This document shows positions 19,648 through 28,775 of a stretch of 32,000 nucleotides of DNA, piece by piece; positions within the stretch are counted from its first letter, which is position 1, and every line of letters starts with the position of its first letter. Source of the DNA: Okeania sp. (GTDB taxonomy: Bacteria > Cyanobacteriota > Cyanobacteriia > Cyanobacteriales > Microcoleaceae); contig NZ_JAYKGW010000141.1 of the NCBI RefSeq assembly GCF_035285525.1, positions 1-32,000 on the forward strand, given 5' to 3'. The notes under the pieces are model-generated. The model was not told where the DNA came from, made no database searches, and was given only the letters and a program-made list of their open reading frames with translations. The position numbers and the translations under genes are program-made.

Positions 19648-22620
19648 TTAATCTAACTCAGGTGTAACTCCATTCGTTTCTTGTTGATGCTGGTAATCAG
19701 AATCACTCCTAACAATATTTGCATCAGATAACCTAAAGTAATCTACCAGCTTTCTGGGAATATCTAGTATTATTGGAACTTTTAAAGAATACTCATACTG
19801 AATAGAGTCCGATCTTAATTCATGTACAACTCGTGCCCATCCTTCTCGTAGATGAGATTCGTCTGTTGGCACTTTCTGTACAATAAGTTCCACAGGTGTT
19901 CCTTGATGTGGTCTCTGCGACCACTTATTAGGAAGTTGTTCATAATAAATGGTTTTTCCGTCTTTAATTTTTTGAGCTGAGATGAGAACGACTTTATCAG
20001 TTTGATATTTACAACCATTTGCATAATCTGTTCCCATTTTATAAGGTTCAGATGAATATTTCTCCAAGTTATCTATTACCTCTTTCCAAGACTTACTCCC
20101 AGGATAATTTTTGAGCTTCTTTTGATCATTTTCATCCTTCCAAGTTTCATCATATTTTACTTCTTTAAAAGAGTCATCAAGCTTGGAAAAATTAGCGTTG
20201 TGTTGAACAACTCCACGGTCTCCTAGACTTATGTAAATGAAATTATTAACTGGATAAAGTTCTGCACTTGCATAACCTGGATATAATTCTCTATCAATAA
20301 TAATAGGGTTTCTTTTCTCTTTCCAAATTTTATATGCTGTAGATACTTCTTGAGTGCTACTTTTGACAATAACTATTCTCAGATTATCAAAAACAGATTT
20401 TGAACCAGTCGGAACAAAAGGTAATTCATCTAAACAACATTTTTCTGTAGATAAATTAGGAATTACTTGTCTAATATTGTCTTCTTGTACAACTAAAAGC
20501 ACATTCTTGCTAGAGTTTTCGCACAAATTTTTCAGATTTTCTACAAAAAAAGTGCGCACTTTTTGTAAAGCTTTCTCTTTTTGATTATCTTTCAATTCTA
20601 CATATTCTAAATCGTCTGATGCCAATAAAATTTGTGCTTCTTTAACTGATAACCAATTTGTATTATCTTGATTATCTTTTTTATTTTTATTAGCATTCAT
20701 CAAAAGAAGAGAAATTTTTCCAGTGTCATTATTTATTTGTGTTATGACTGGCATAAGTTTAGCAACATTATTAGATGCAGTTTTGCCTGTTATCCTCAGA
20801 ACAAAAAAGCTGACAATTAATAGATTCTCTGGCGCATTTAATACTTCTTGATTTGTCAGTTTAACAATTTCAAATTTTTTGTGACAAGGAATATCTAACT
20901 GTCTCATTAAGTCACTAATTGCATTATTAACACGACTTACTATTTGGACATCTTTTTCCTCTATAATTTTCTCTTCACCAGTCTTTTTATTGCGTCTTAT
21001 TTCGTCGTATGACGTGACAATAAACTGACTAACTATATCAAGTTTAGATAGAATTTTAGTATTAATTGTTTTAGGGTCATTTCTGCCATTTTTGTATTCA
21101 GGATAATCGGCACCTTGAATGGCAATTAAAGCACAGTCAAATGAACAGTTATATTCATTTTCTACTGCTTTAATCATCTCCATAATTTCTGTTTCCCTAC
21201 TACTTATTTTTTCCTTGTCATTTTGCTGACAGGAGCTAACAAAGATATTTGCTAAATCCTCAGATGCCCGAATAATATTGATAGGAAGTTTAACTTGACT
21301 TTCTTTATAGACTTCATTTTTTAATTCATCAAATCCCTTTTCAACTTTTTTATATAATCTATTAAACTGTTCAGGGATTGATACTAAAATATTTATAGAT
21401 TTATTTTGTTGTGCAAATTGTCTTAATGGATTTACTTCAGTTAAATGATTTTTATTCCTAGAAACTTTAACATCGCACTCACTTAATGAATTTGTTGGTT
21501 CAAATTCAGGGAATTTTTTGAACAAATCAAAAATCAAACGTTTATCATGAGAAAATAAACCTTCTTTAGGAATTTCCATTCTAGTTGGTTTTAGTAATGT
21601 TGTTGTTTTTAAAACTAAAACTGTCAAATTTCCAGCATTAAGTTGTTCAGGAATAATTCCATGTTGTGGAATAGCTGAAATAATTTTATCCGGTTCGGGA
21701 GTTAAATTGTTTCCTTCCTCCAAACCGTTTAAAACATCTAAAACTTTGTTTCTAAAGATATATTCTCCATCTCGCTTAATTAAACTAACTGCCTGTAAAC
21801 TTCTATTAAATGGAAGTGTTTTTTTCCAGTAATTTGCAGGTGCTTGAATATGTAAACTAGCAGCACAATTATACTTAGGTTCAAAAGGTTCAGTAATATA
21901 ACGTCGTATTGAGGGATGAATATAAATCTTGGGCGTTGAATCAAAATAACGGAAACCAACTTTAAAGTTCAAACATAAACTACTTAAACCTTTTAATTGA
22001 CTATTTTTTAGCTGTTGTGGTTTAGGAGGCCATTCTTGTATTTCTCCTGGATTTGGTGACTTAATAAACTTGTATTTTTCTCTACCAATAAGTATTGGTT
22101 CATTTTGAGAATAATTAACAATTTTTACAGCGATCGCATCAGCTACAGCTAGTTTCCAAGATAAACTATTCTTCTCAAAAGGAAGGTCTATTAAATTAAT
22201 TTTTTGGGATGGTTCTATTGATTCTAATCCTTCTTGAAGTAGCTCATAATCTTCATCTGAAAAATTTTCTCGGTTGCTAAACTCTACACTTAACCAAGAT
22301 AATAAAACTAATTTTATAGACTCACTATCTATCGGTTCTCCATTAGACATTAACCAATATTGCCTCAAAATTTCATTTTCTTCCTTAGCTATACCTCTAC
22401 CTGTTGATAACACACCACTAGATGCACGAATAGTATCATTTAATGATGCTACAGGAATGAAATTTTCTCCTGTAGCACGTCTATTTTTTTTCTTAATTTT
22501 CTGATAAATCTGATTTAGATTATTGAACAATTCCTCTGGAAAGGATGTATACCAGATAGGCAATGTTTCTTTAATATCGAAACTATAAATTAATTCTTGT
22601 AAGATTTTTTTGTCACTCAT
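19648..22620 (-). CDS. 990-aa protein, candidate pPIWI-RE (Argonaute-related PIWI) module protein
   Basis: Uninterrupted 990-aa ORF with no P-loop or classical nuclease motif. Its size and its position as the last gene after a REase-fold nuclease and a large SF2 helicase match the PIWI-RE three-gene island. The C-terminal VHELR...KVPIILDIPRKLVDY resembles the C-terminal element of PIWI domains. Confidence that it is a real CDS is about 0.9; the score given is for the functional call. Confidence 0.55.
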   Translation of the reverse strand: MSDKKILQELIYSFDIKETLPIWYTSFPEELFNNLNQIYQKIKKKNRRATGENFIPVASLNDTIRASSGVLSTGRGIAKEENEILRQYWLMSNGEPIDSESIKLVLLSWLSVEFSNRENFSDEDYELLQEGLESIEPSQKINLIDLPFEKNSLSWKLAVADAIAVKIVNYSQNEPILIGREKYKFIKSPNPGEIQEWPPKPQQLKNSQLKGLSSLCLNFKVGFRYFDSTPKIYIHPSIRRYITEPFEPKYNCAASLHIQAPANYWKKTLPFNRSLQAVSLIKRDGEYIFRNKVLDVLNGLEEGNNLTPEPDKIISAIPQHGIIPEQLNAGNLTVLVLKTTTLLKPTRMEIPKEGLFSHDKRLIFDLFKKFPEFEPTNSLSECDVKVSRNKNHLTEVNPLRQFAQQNKSINILVSIPEQFNRLYKKVEKGFDELKNEVYKESQVKLPINIIRASEDLANIFVSSCQQNDKEKISSRETEIMEMIKAVENEYNCSFDCALIAIQGADYPEYKNGRNDPKTINTKILSKLDIVSQFIVTSYDEIRRNKKTGEEKIIEEKDVQIVSRVNNAISDLMRQLDIPCHKKFEIVKLTNQEVLNAPENLLIVSFFVLRITGKTASNNVAKLMPVITQINNDTGKISLLLMNANKNKKDNQDNTNWLSVKEAQILLASDDLEYVELKDNQKEKALQKVRTFFVENLKNLCENSSKNVLLVVQEDNIRQVIPNLSTEKCCLDELPFVPTGSKSVFDNLRIVIVKSSTQEVSTAYKIWKEKRNPIIIDRELYPGYASAELYPVNNFIYISLGDRGVVQHNANFSKLDDSFKEVKYDETWKDENDQKKLKNYPGSKSWKEVIDNLEKYSSEPYKMGTDYANGCKYQTDKVVLISAQKIKDGKTIYYEQLPNKWSQRPHQGTPVELIVQKVPTDESHLREGWARVVHELRSDSIQYEYSLKVPIILDIPRKLVDYFRLSDANIVRSDSDYQHQQETNGVTPELD

Positions 22621-22690
22621 AATGATTTTGTTCTATGAAAGTAGTGTTCTAAACATCCGTTCTGCTTCCACGGAAGAATATGAAAGGTGG

Positions 22691-23080
22691 AGCAAGTGCA
22701 GCAGCTATATTGCCAGTCTTTGCTATATGGATGTTTGATTTTTCTCTGCTCTGACTTACAGGAGATGTACTATATATAGAATCAAAAAACTATTGTACAA
22801 GAGTTTTAAACCTTATATATATGATATATGCCTAAGTCGCGCCACCATAGTTACAGAAGTTTTCCCCAGTAACTATATTGCCAGTCTTTGCTATATGGAT
22901 GTTTGATTTTTCTATTGTTCATTTCATTTTTCTATTGTTCAATAGTTACAGCAGTTTTCCCCCAGTAGCTATATTGCCAGTTTTCCGAGAAGGATGTTTG
23001 ATTTTTCTATTGTTCAATAGTTACAACAGTTTCCGTCCGTTGATGAAGTACGTCTGCGCAGCAAGTGTGGCAGTTATATC
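22691..23080. repeat. imperfect direct repeats (3-4 copies) in the gap between the helicase and the 990-aa gene
   Basis: The core CTATATTGCCAG-N12-GGATGTTTGATTTTTCT occurs at 22704-22745, 22871-22913 and 22968-23008. The extended unit atagttaca.cagtt starts at 22847, 22942 and 23017 (spacing 95 and 75 bp). agcaagtg.gcag.tatat occurs at 22691 and 23061. There is an internal 18-bp duplication, tttttctattgttca. Confidence 0.85.
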
Positions 23081-23100
23081 AATACTTTCATGCAACAAAG

Positions 23101-26100
23101 CTACTCATAATAGTAATAATTTGTATCTTTAACGTCAACAGAATCTCCCATCATATCAATAAGAGATTTGTCAAATGGTTTGTACAAAGCACTTCCGACA
23201 GAATTATCTTTGTACTTCATCGCTTCATCAGCAATAGCTACCAACAAACTACTAGCAGCACTATCATAAGTAGAATCTGTCATACCAGAAATTCTCCTTT
23301 GTGCTGTCTTAGGTGCAAATGCGCTATCAACAAAGTAAAGGTGGAAAGAAACACCCCCACGCACCGCCCTTCCTACAACTTGAGTAATCATAACTCGAAG
23401 AGTCGAAGCAATATCCGAACGTAGATCGAGTTCTGGAGTTGCTGTCAGTTTTGAGTATTGAATAGGTAACCCCATAATCTTGTCACAATAGTTTTTAGCA
23501 TCAGTCCGATATTTGTTCCCTAAACTAGCTAAACTAGGATTGTTTGACTTTTTTTCCTTAAATACATATCTAGGGTGTTCCGAATCAAGAGCATCTAACG
23601 CCCAAGCATTCAAAAACCCAATCAAAAGTAGAGGATCGTTCGGAACCGGAAAAGGTCTCGCTAAAAATACCACAACCCCAAAAGCTGCAACTCTTTCAGC
23701 ATTCAGAATATTATGTCCTCGTTCAACTGCCAGAATAGGAGCAATCAAAATTTTAGCGTTCTCTATTTCGGCAAATCGTGAAACATCACTTCTTTGGATA
23801 AAATCAATATCATCACCTAAATTATTGCTATCTCTCCCTAGCGCGACAATTTTTACATTTTTGTCATTGTATTCTCTTTGCAGTGCAGCAGCAACTATAG
23901 CACTATCTGCATAGGAACCTACCAAAAGTAAAGCTCGTTTTCTATCTCCGGCAACTCGATCTATCCAATTATCTATTTTAGTTTTATTGTTAGATTGAAC
24001 TTTGCAAATATCTATAGCTATTTGTTCTAATGCCTCTTGTTTATTAGAATTTCCAGATACTTTAATTGGTTGAGATGTATTTGCTCTTGAAGGTTCAAAA
24101 GATGTTTTTGATTCATTAATAATAGTATTAATACTTGATTCATCAGGACGAAGAACAATATTGACAGGAATTTGTAAATGATACTTTGATGAAGTTCCAG
24201 CCCAGGAAGTTCCTGACATTAATAGTACATTGCAACCAGGAATATTATTCCAAGTAAATAAATTATGGTAATTATATAGTAAATGTCTGCCAACTCCAGA
24301 AAAATTTATAACATCTAGTTTACCTGGTATTCTAGGAGATGAAATATCTTTAGTGTATTTAAAAAACTGTCCTGAACTGATAATAGGAGATGAAGGAAGC
24401 ACTCTAGAAAATTCATCTGAAGATTTAAAGAACGATATATCAGGGTCAATGTCAAAAATTTCTTTGTAGTAAGGAGCGTAGAAAAGTATTGATTGAATAC
24501 AATCAGATAATTGAGTAAAAAGAATTGCTAAATACAGCTTCTTACTTAAAATAGTCCTAGTTTCTTTATCTATTTTTACATTTTTTAGACCTTTTAAAGA
24601 TTCAATCCAATCTACAATATCAACCAATCCTGCTTCTTTATCTATGACTATTCTGGCAATATATTTTAATCCCCATAACATTTTATTTAGCAGTTCTGAA
24701 CTTAAAACTGAACTATCATTTATTGAATCTCCAGTAAAAACATTAAAAATAGCTTCTAGTATTTCTTGATTTTTTAGTTCTCCAGGAAAAAATAAATCTG
24801 ATAATGTTTTAGCTACATCAGTAAAAAGTTGAGAAGATTTAAAAAAACCAGAATCAACTAACCAATTTTCTAAGGATGTATCATCTAATAAAGGTAAAAT
24901 TCTGTTAGCTAAATTATCTGCATTTTTAATATCAACCTGCCAATTTTCTACCTGGGGTTTCCGAAAAAGATGTCCGCGATTAGTTTCTTGATTGCGTTTA
25001 TTTAGAGTTGAAATAAGCCTAGTAATTACTGGTGTTTCTCCTTTGCCAAATAAATGTAAATTCGGACAAAATTCAGAATCAAAATAGACTTGAATATTAT
25101 CAGATTCATCAAATATTATTAGAGAGCTAGCAATATAAATTAATTCACCATATTTAACCTTATAAAGACCTTTAATAAGTTGTCTAGGTACATTTGATTT
25201 CAACAGTGCTTGTGGAGTTGTAATCCAAACAATACTATCAATAACTGCAAGGTCTCCCTGTTTACTAGGACAAACATGAAAAAAAGGACACATCCAATTA
25301 CTTGTAGATGGTTCCTCTGGATTCTTTCGAGATGGCGATCGCAAGTTATTACAGGGAGCTATAGCAGATTCTAAAACATGAAAATCTTCCTCATCTAAAT
25401 AGTTATCCAACAAACAAATTGTAGAAAGTGATGCTGCATTTGCACTATCATCCAAAGATTCTTGTCTACGGATAACAGAATTATGGATTTGACTTGTATA
25501 AGAATAGCGATTAGAAACACCGATAATAGTTGCTGCCTGTTGGTTAAGTCCTTTTAGGAAAATATTTAATTCCTCTTCTACATCCTTGCATTCCATGACA
25601 CTGCCAAAAACCAGAGTGGTTCGGAGATTATGCTTTGCTTGATGTACTGCTACAATTTTAGCAAGAGTGCTTTTGCCTGCATTTACCATACCAACTAAAT
25701 TAACAGTGCCATCTAAATGTAAAGTTTCATCTGGAGTTCCGTCATAACACTGCCAAAATGTTTTATTTAAAATCCTTTCATATTTTCCTGACTTTCCTTT
25801 ATTAATTAGTTGTTCATCCATCCAACAAGCAGTTTCCATTAATTCTGCTTTTGTATAAGTGACATTCCCTTTTTGATTGTTATACTGAGTTAAATCAGAT
25901 AAATTAAAACCTGGTAACTGACTCTTTCTTCTAGCTTGTTGTATAGGATTACCTTGTGTTGGATTAATTCCTAATCGGTTTAAAACCAAGTTATAGTCAT
26001 CTTCTGGTATTTTATAAGATTTGACATCTTCTCCTTTTTGGGGATTTCCCGATAAATAGTGTTGATCAGGACGCGCATATTTAACTGTTGTATCATTTTC

Positions 26101-26556
26101 TTGATAAATGTCTAAATTTCCATTATTAAATATACGATGATAGTCTTGCTCCCGCGTAGCTAATAAACCACTACCCATAGATTGAATAGGTGCAGATAAA
26201 ACAGCATCTGGAAACCATCTCAGATATTGTGGGATAATTTTTTGGTAAGCATCTAAACGCTCCGAAAGTATTTTAGTAGAACGCAAAACTGGCAAAAGAT
26301 ACGATGCTTTTCTTACTTTGTGGCGATCGCTTGTTGATAAGTTCTGTAGTCCTTCGTGTGGCAAATCATATAAACATAGCAGGAAACTTAAACTTTCTAC
26401 AGGTTCATTTGGCATTACCAAGTGTAATAAATACAATCCTGCTTCCAGCTCAATAAACTCTTTTGCTGTTAAATCTCCTAGAGAAAATTGGTTGGAGTTA
26501 TCAATAATATTCTCTAAATCTGTTATAAGAGGAGTCAATACATTTGTTTCAAACAT
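23101..26556 (-). CDS. large SF2 (DinG/DEAD-like) helicase with ~270-aa unassigned N-terminal region
   Basis: 1151 aa. P-loop GMVNAGKST (nt ~25668-25691), IIFDESD (nt 25100-25120), motif VI QVVGRAVRGG (nt 23354-23383). The start overlaps the upstream gene's stop by 8 nt (ATGTTTGA). Confidence 0.8.
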   Translation of the reverse strand: MFETNVLTPLITDLENIIDNSNQFSLGDLTAKEFIELEAGLYLLHLVMPNEPVESLSFLLCLYDLPHEGLQNLSTSDRHKVRKASYLLPVLRSTKILSERLDAYQKIIPQYLRWFPDAVLSAPIQSMGSGLLATREQDYHRIFNNGNLDIYQENDTTVKYARPDQHYLSGNPQKGEDVKSYKIPEDDYNLVLNRLGINPTQGNPIQQARRKSQLPGFNLSDLTQYNNQKGNVTYTKAELMETACWMDEQLINKGKSGKYERILNKTFWQCYDGTPDETLHLDGTVNLVGMVNAGKSTLAKIVAVHQAKHNLRTTLVFGSVMECKDVEEELNIFLKGLNQQAATIIGVSNRYSYTSQIHNSVIRRQESLDDSANAASLSTICLLDNYLDEEDFHVLESAIAPCNNLRSPSRKNPEEPSTSNWMCPFFHVCPSKQGDLAVIDSIVWITTPQALLKSNVPRQLIKGLYKVKYGELIYIASSLIIFDESDNIQVYFDSEFCPNLHLFGKGETPVITRLISTLNKRNQETNRGHLFRKPQVENWQVDIKNADNLANRILPLLDDTSLENWLVDSGFFKSSQLFTDVAKTLSDLFFPGELKNQEILEAIFNVFTGDSINDSSVLSSELLNKMLWGLKYIARIVIDKEAGLVDIVDWIESLKGLKNVKIDKETRTILSKKLYLAILFTQLSDCIQSILFYAPYYKEIFDIDPDISFFKSSDEFSRVLPSSPIISSGQFFKYTKDISSPRIPGKLDVINFSGVGRHLLYNYHNLFTWNNIPGCNVLLMSGTSWAGTSSKYHLQIPVNIVLRPDESSINTIINESKTSFEPSRANTSQPIKVSGNSNKQEALEQIAIDICKVQSNNKTKIDNWIDRVAGDRKRALLLVGSYADSAIVAAALQREYNDKNVKIVALGRDSNNLGDDIDFIQRSDVSRFAEIENAKILIAPILAVERGHNILNAERVAAFGVVVFLARPFPVPNDPLLLIGFLNAWALDALDSEHPRYVFKEKKSNNPSLASLGNKYRTDAKNYCDKIMGLPIQYSKLTATPELDLRSDIASTLRVMITQVVGRAVRGGVSFHLYFVDSAFAPKTAQRRISGMTDSTYDSAASSLLVAIADEAMKYKDNSVGSALYKPFDKSLIDMMGDSVDVKDTNYYYYE

Positions 26557-27676
26557 GATTCTTAATTAAGTCAATTAATTCGCTTTCGTAATAAATTTTT
26601 TCATCTGAATGCTCGATAAATACCTCTTTGTAATTTGGTGTTTTTGCTTTCCGTGCATCTGGAACAACAAAACAGTATTCATCACCTTCTATTCCATATT
26701 TTTTAATATCGTTCATAGGAAAACCTTTTTCGTCACATTTTTGTGCTAAACCATCAGCACTAACCCAGTCCTTGACATCCACACACAATTTATATTCATC
26801 TGGACAAACAATTAGTAAATCGTAAGAATCAAGTCCCGGCCACATTGTCACTTTACATCCGAGTTCTTTAGCTTTATCTCGCAATTTAAGTTCCGGTACT
26901 GAAGGCGAAACCAGAAAATATCGAATGTCTGGAGCTGCTAGTTTGACCGTTTCATTAGGTTCTATATAATCAATAATAATTTCCTTATTTTGTGAAGTGT
27001 TGAAGTCACATTTATGTACCGCACAAATCATTCTTTCATTATACATAGTCACCAGACTTCCACATAATTTACATCTGGCAATTTTATTATTGATAAATTT
27101 GCTAGCAGGAACACAATGAGTATATACCACATCGAAAATTCCCTCTTCTAAAGTTTTTGAATTATCTTTAAATTTTGCTTTAAACTTTGCTTTAAATTTT
27201 ATCCTTTCTTGCAGAGTTGTAATTGAATGCTTGGCTAAAAATTCTCTAACTTGCCGATAGATAGCATCCTTTTCTTCGATGGTTTTACTGCGTGATATTA
27301 GAGCTATAATTTTCTGGTAAACTTCTCTTTGAAGCAGTCCCGACTTATTGCTTTCGATAACATCTTGGGCAAATTCTCGACATTCTTCAGTAATTCTAAT
27401 TTCAGGAATATTTTCTAGTAGATAAATATCTTCCTCTTGAGAAAAATCAAGAGGCCAGTTGATTAAAGAAGTTGTTTTACAGAGCTTAATAACCTCTCCT
27501 AAACTTTGAATAATTGGTTGATTTGCTCTTAAGGATAACAGTGCTAATTGATTTAATGCTCGTTGTAAATTTTTAGGGTAAGGATGAGTAATACCTCCTT
27601 CTTGTTCATAAGCACTCTCTAGGTCTACTAATCCAGTTACAAGTAAATCAAAACAGGTTTCAGATGTCACTTTCAT
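26549..27676 (-). CDS. Zn-ribbon + PD-(D/E)xK (restriction-endonuclease fold) nuclease
   Basis: The ORF is open from ATG 27694, but ATG 27676 is preceded by a perfect AGGAGG with a 9-nt spacer. CKLCG...ICAVHKC is a Cys cluster. CPDEYKLCVDVKDW (nt 26765-26809) fits D...(D/E)xK. Confidence 0.7.
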   Translation of the reverse strand: MKVTSETCFDLLVTGLVDLESAYEQEGGITHPYPKNLQRALNQLALLSLRANQPIIQSLGEVIKLCKTTSLINWPLDFSQEEDIYLLENIPEIRITEECREFAQDVIESNKSGLLQREVYQKIIALISRSKTIEEKDAIYRQVREFLAKHSITTLQERIKFKAKFKAKFKDNSKTLEEGIFDVVYTHCVPASKFINNKIARCKLCGSLVTMYNERMICAVHKCDFNTSQNKEIIIDYIEPNETVKLAAPDIRYFLVSPSVPELKLRDKAKELGCKVTMWPGLDSYDLLIVCPDEYKLCVDVKDWVSADGLAQKCDEKGFPMNDIKKYGIEGDEYCFVVPDARKAKTPNYKEVFIEHSDEKIYYESELIDLIKNHV

Positions 27677-28208
27677 CTTTTTGTTCCTCCTCATTTCTAT
27701 AGAGCGGAATAGACTCTAAAAAATTTTGAATAATTTCCTTTGTGTCAGTGTCACAATTAAAAGTATTTATAGGAGAGCATTTAATCTCAAAAAAAATATC
27801 TTCCAGTTCTTCTCTGAGGCGTTCTAGATAGTCAGAAAATAATGGAAGTTTATGTTGTTTTCCTAGAAGATGTAAGTCTATAATTTCTTTAGTTTTCCTT
27901 GAATCTTCTCCAGCTTTTTTGTAATATTTTCTAATATCTTCTCGTTCATTTATTTTCAGGATTAAATTCCAGACATCATCTAAAGTTGCCTCGTATACTT
28001 TGTTACCAGATATAATTTTTCCAACTTCTGTTAATATTTTCTGAACATTTTTTTCGACAACAACAAAAAACTCTGAATCTGTTAGATGGCTAGACTCTCC
28101 TCTTATTGTTGCCAGTTGCAATCCAGATTTTATCTCCTCTCGGACTACATTTCTGATTTGTTCTATTGCTTCCGGTGTTATTGCTGAATTTGTATTTTTA
28201 AGTGACAT
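27660..28208 (-). CDS. 182-aa helical hypothetical protein, first gene of the operon
   Basis: ORF with charged, helix-like composition. Its stop overlaps the next gene's start region by 17 nt (35 nt if ATG 27694 is used). No motif recognised. Confidence 0.6.
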   Translation of the reverse strand: MSLKNTNSAITPEAIEQIRNVVREEIKSGLQLATIRGESSHLTDSEFFVVVEKNVQKILTEVGKIISGNKVYEATLDDVWNLILKINEREDIRKYYKKAGEDSRKTKEIIDLHLLGKQHKLPLFSDYLERLREELEDIFFEIKCSPINTFNCDTDTKEIIQNFLESIPLYRNEEEQKDESDI

Positions 28209-28288
28209 TTGACCCCAACTATAAATAGTAATTTTGCATAGAAAAATTGCTTTCTAATCATCTATAAAAAATGAAAAAGTAAATAGAC

Positions 28289-28389
28289 AGGATTTACACA
28301 CGCGCAACCAAGAAACCGGGTTTATTGCCGTAATATTGTTGTTCAAACCACAAAATTTTGTTGATAAACCCAGTTTCTGCATAAGTCCT
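28289..28389. mobile_element. MITE-like element, right flank of the four-gene island
   Basis: aggatttacacacgcgcaaccaagaaaccgggtttat...ataaacccagtttctgcataagtcct. It has the same orientation as 19546-19646, and the first 29 nt after the terminus are identical between the two copies. Confidence 0.6.
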
Positions 28390-28673
28390 AATAGACTTAA
28401 CAGACAAATTGAATTAATTTTTCCCAAAACAAATATTTAATTAGTTCTAGTTGTAATCAACTTTTATATACTACCACAAAGAAATTAACTTTTATAGTGA
28501 CTTAATATTTTAGATACTAATGGGAATAGTGCATAGTTTCAAGAATATTGAGAGTAGCGATCGCTTCCAACTCTTGACTTTATTCCACTAATATAATTTT
28601 TGGACATTTAACTATTTTTGCATTGCTCCAGGAGGAGCATTTCCCTCAGAAAAACCCACTCAGAAATTAATTC

Positions 28674-28708
28674 CAACTTTTGACTTTTGACTTTTGACTT
28701 CTGACTTT
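28674..28708 (+). repeat. heptanucleotide tandem repeat (TGACTTT x5, STRR-like)
   Basis: caacttt tgacttt tgacttt tgacttc tgacttt. Confidence 0.9.
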
Positions 28709-28775
28709 TCCTTGGTATTATTGACCTAATAATGCAATAATATTTCGGCACTATGAACGATAATGTTATTCTATT

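Noticed and set aside
22878-23424. Plus-strand ORFs of 84 aa and 119 aa in and near the intra-operon gap
   Set aside because: One is generated by the direct repeats themselves (the repeated peptide FLLFNSY). The other is antisense to the 3' end of the helicase gene.
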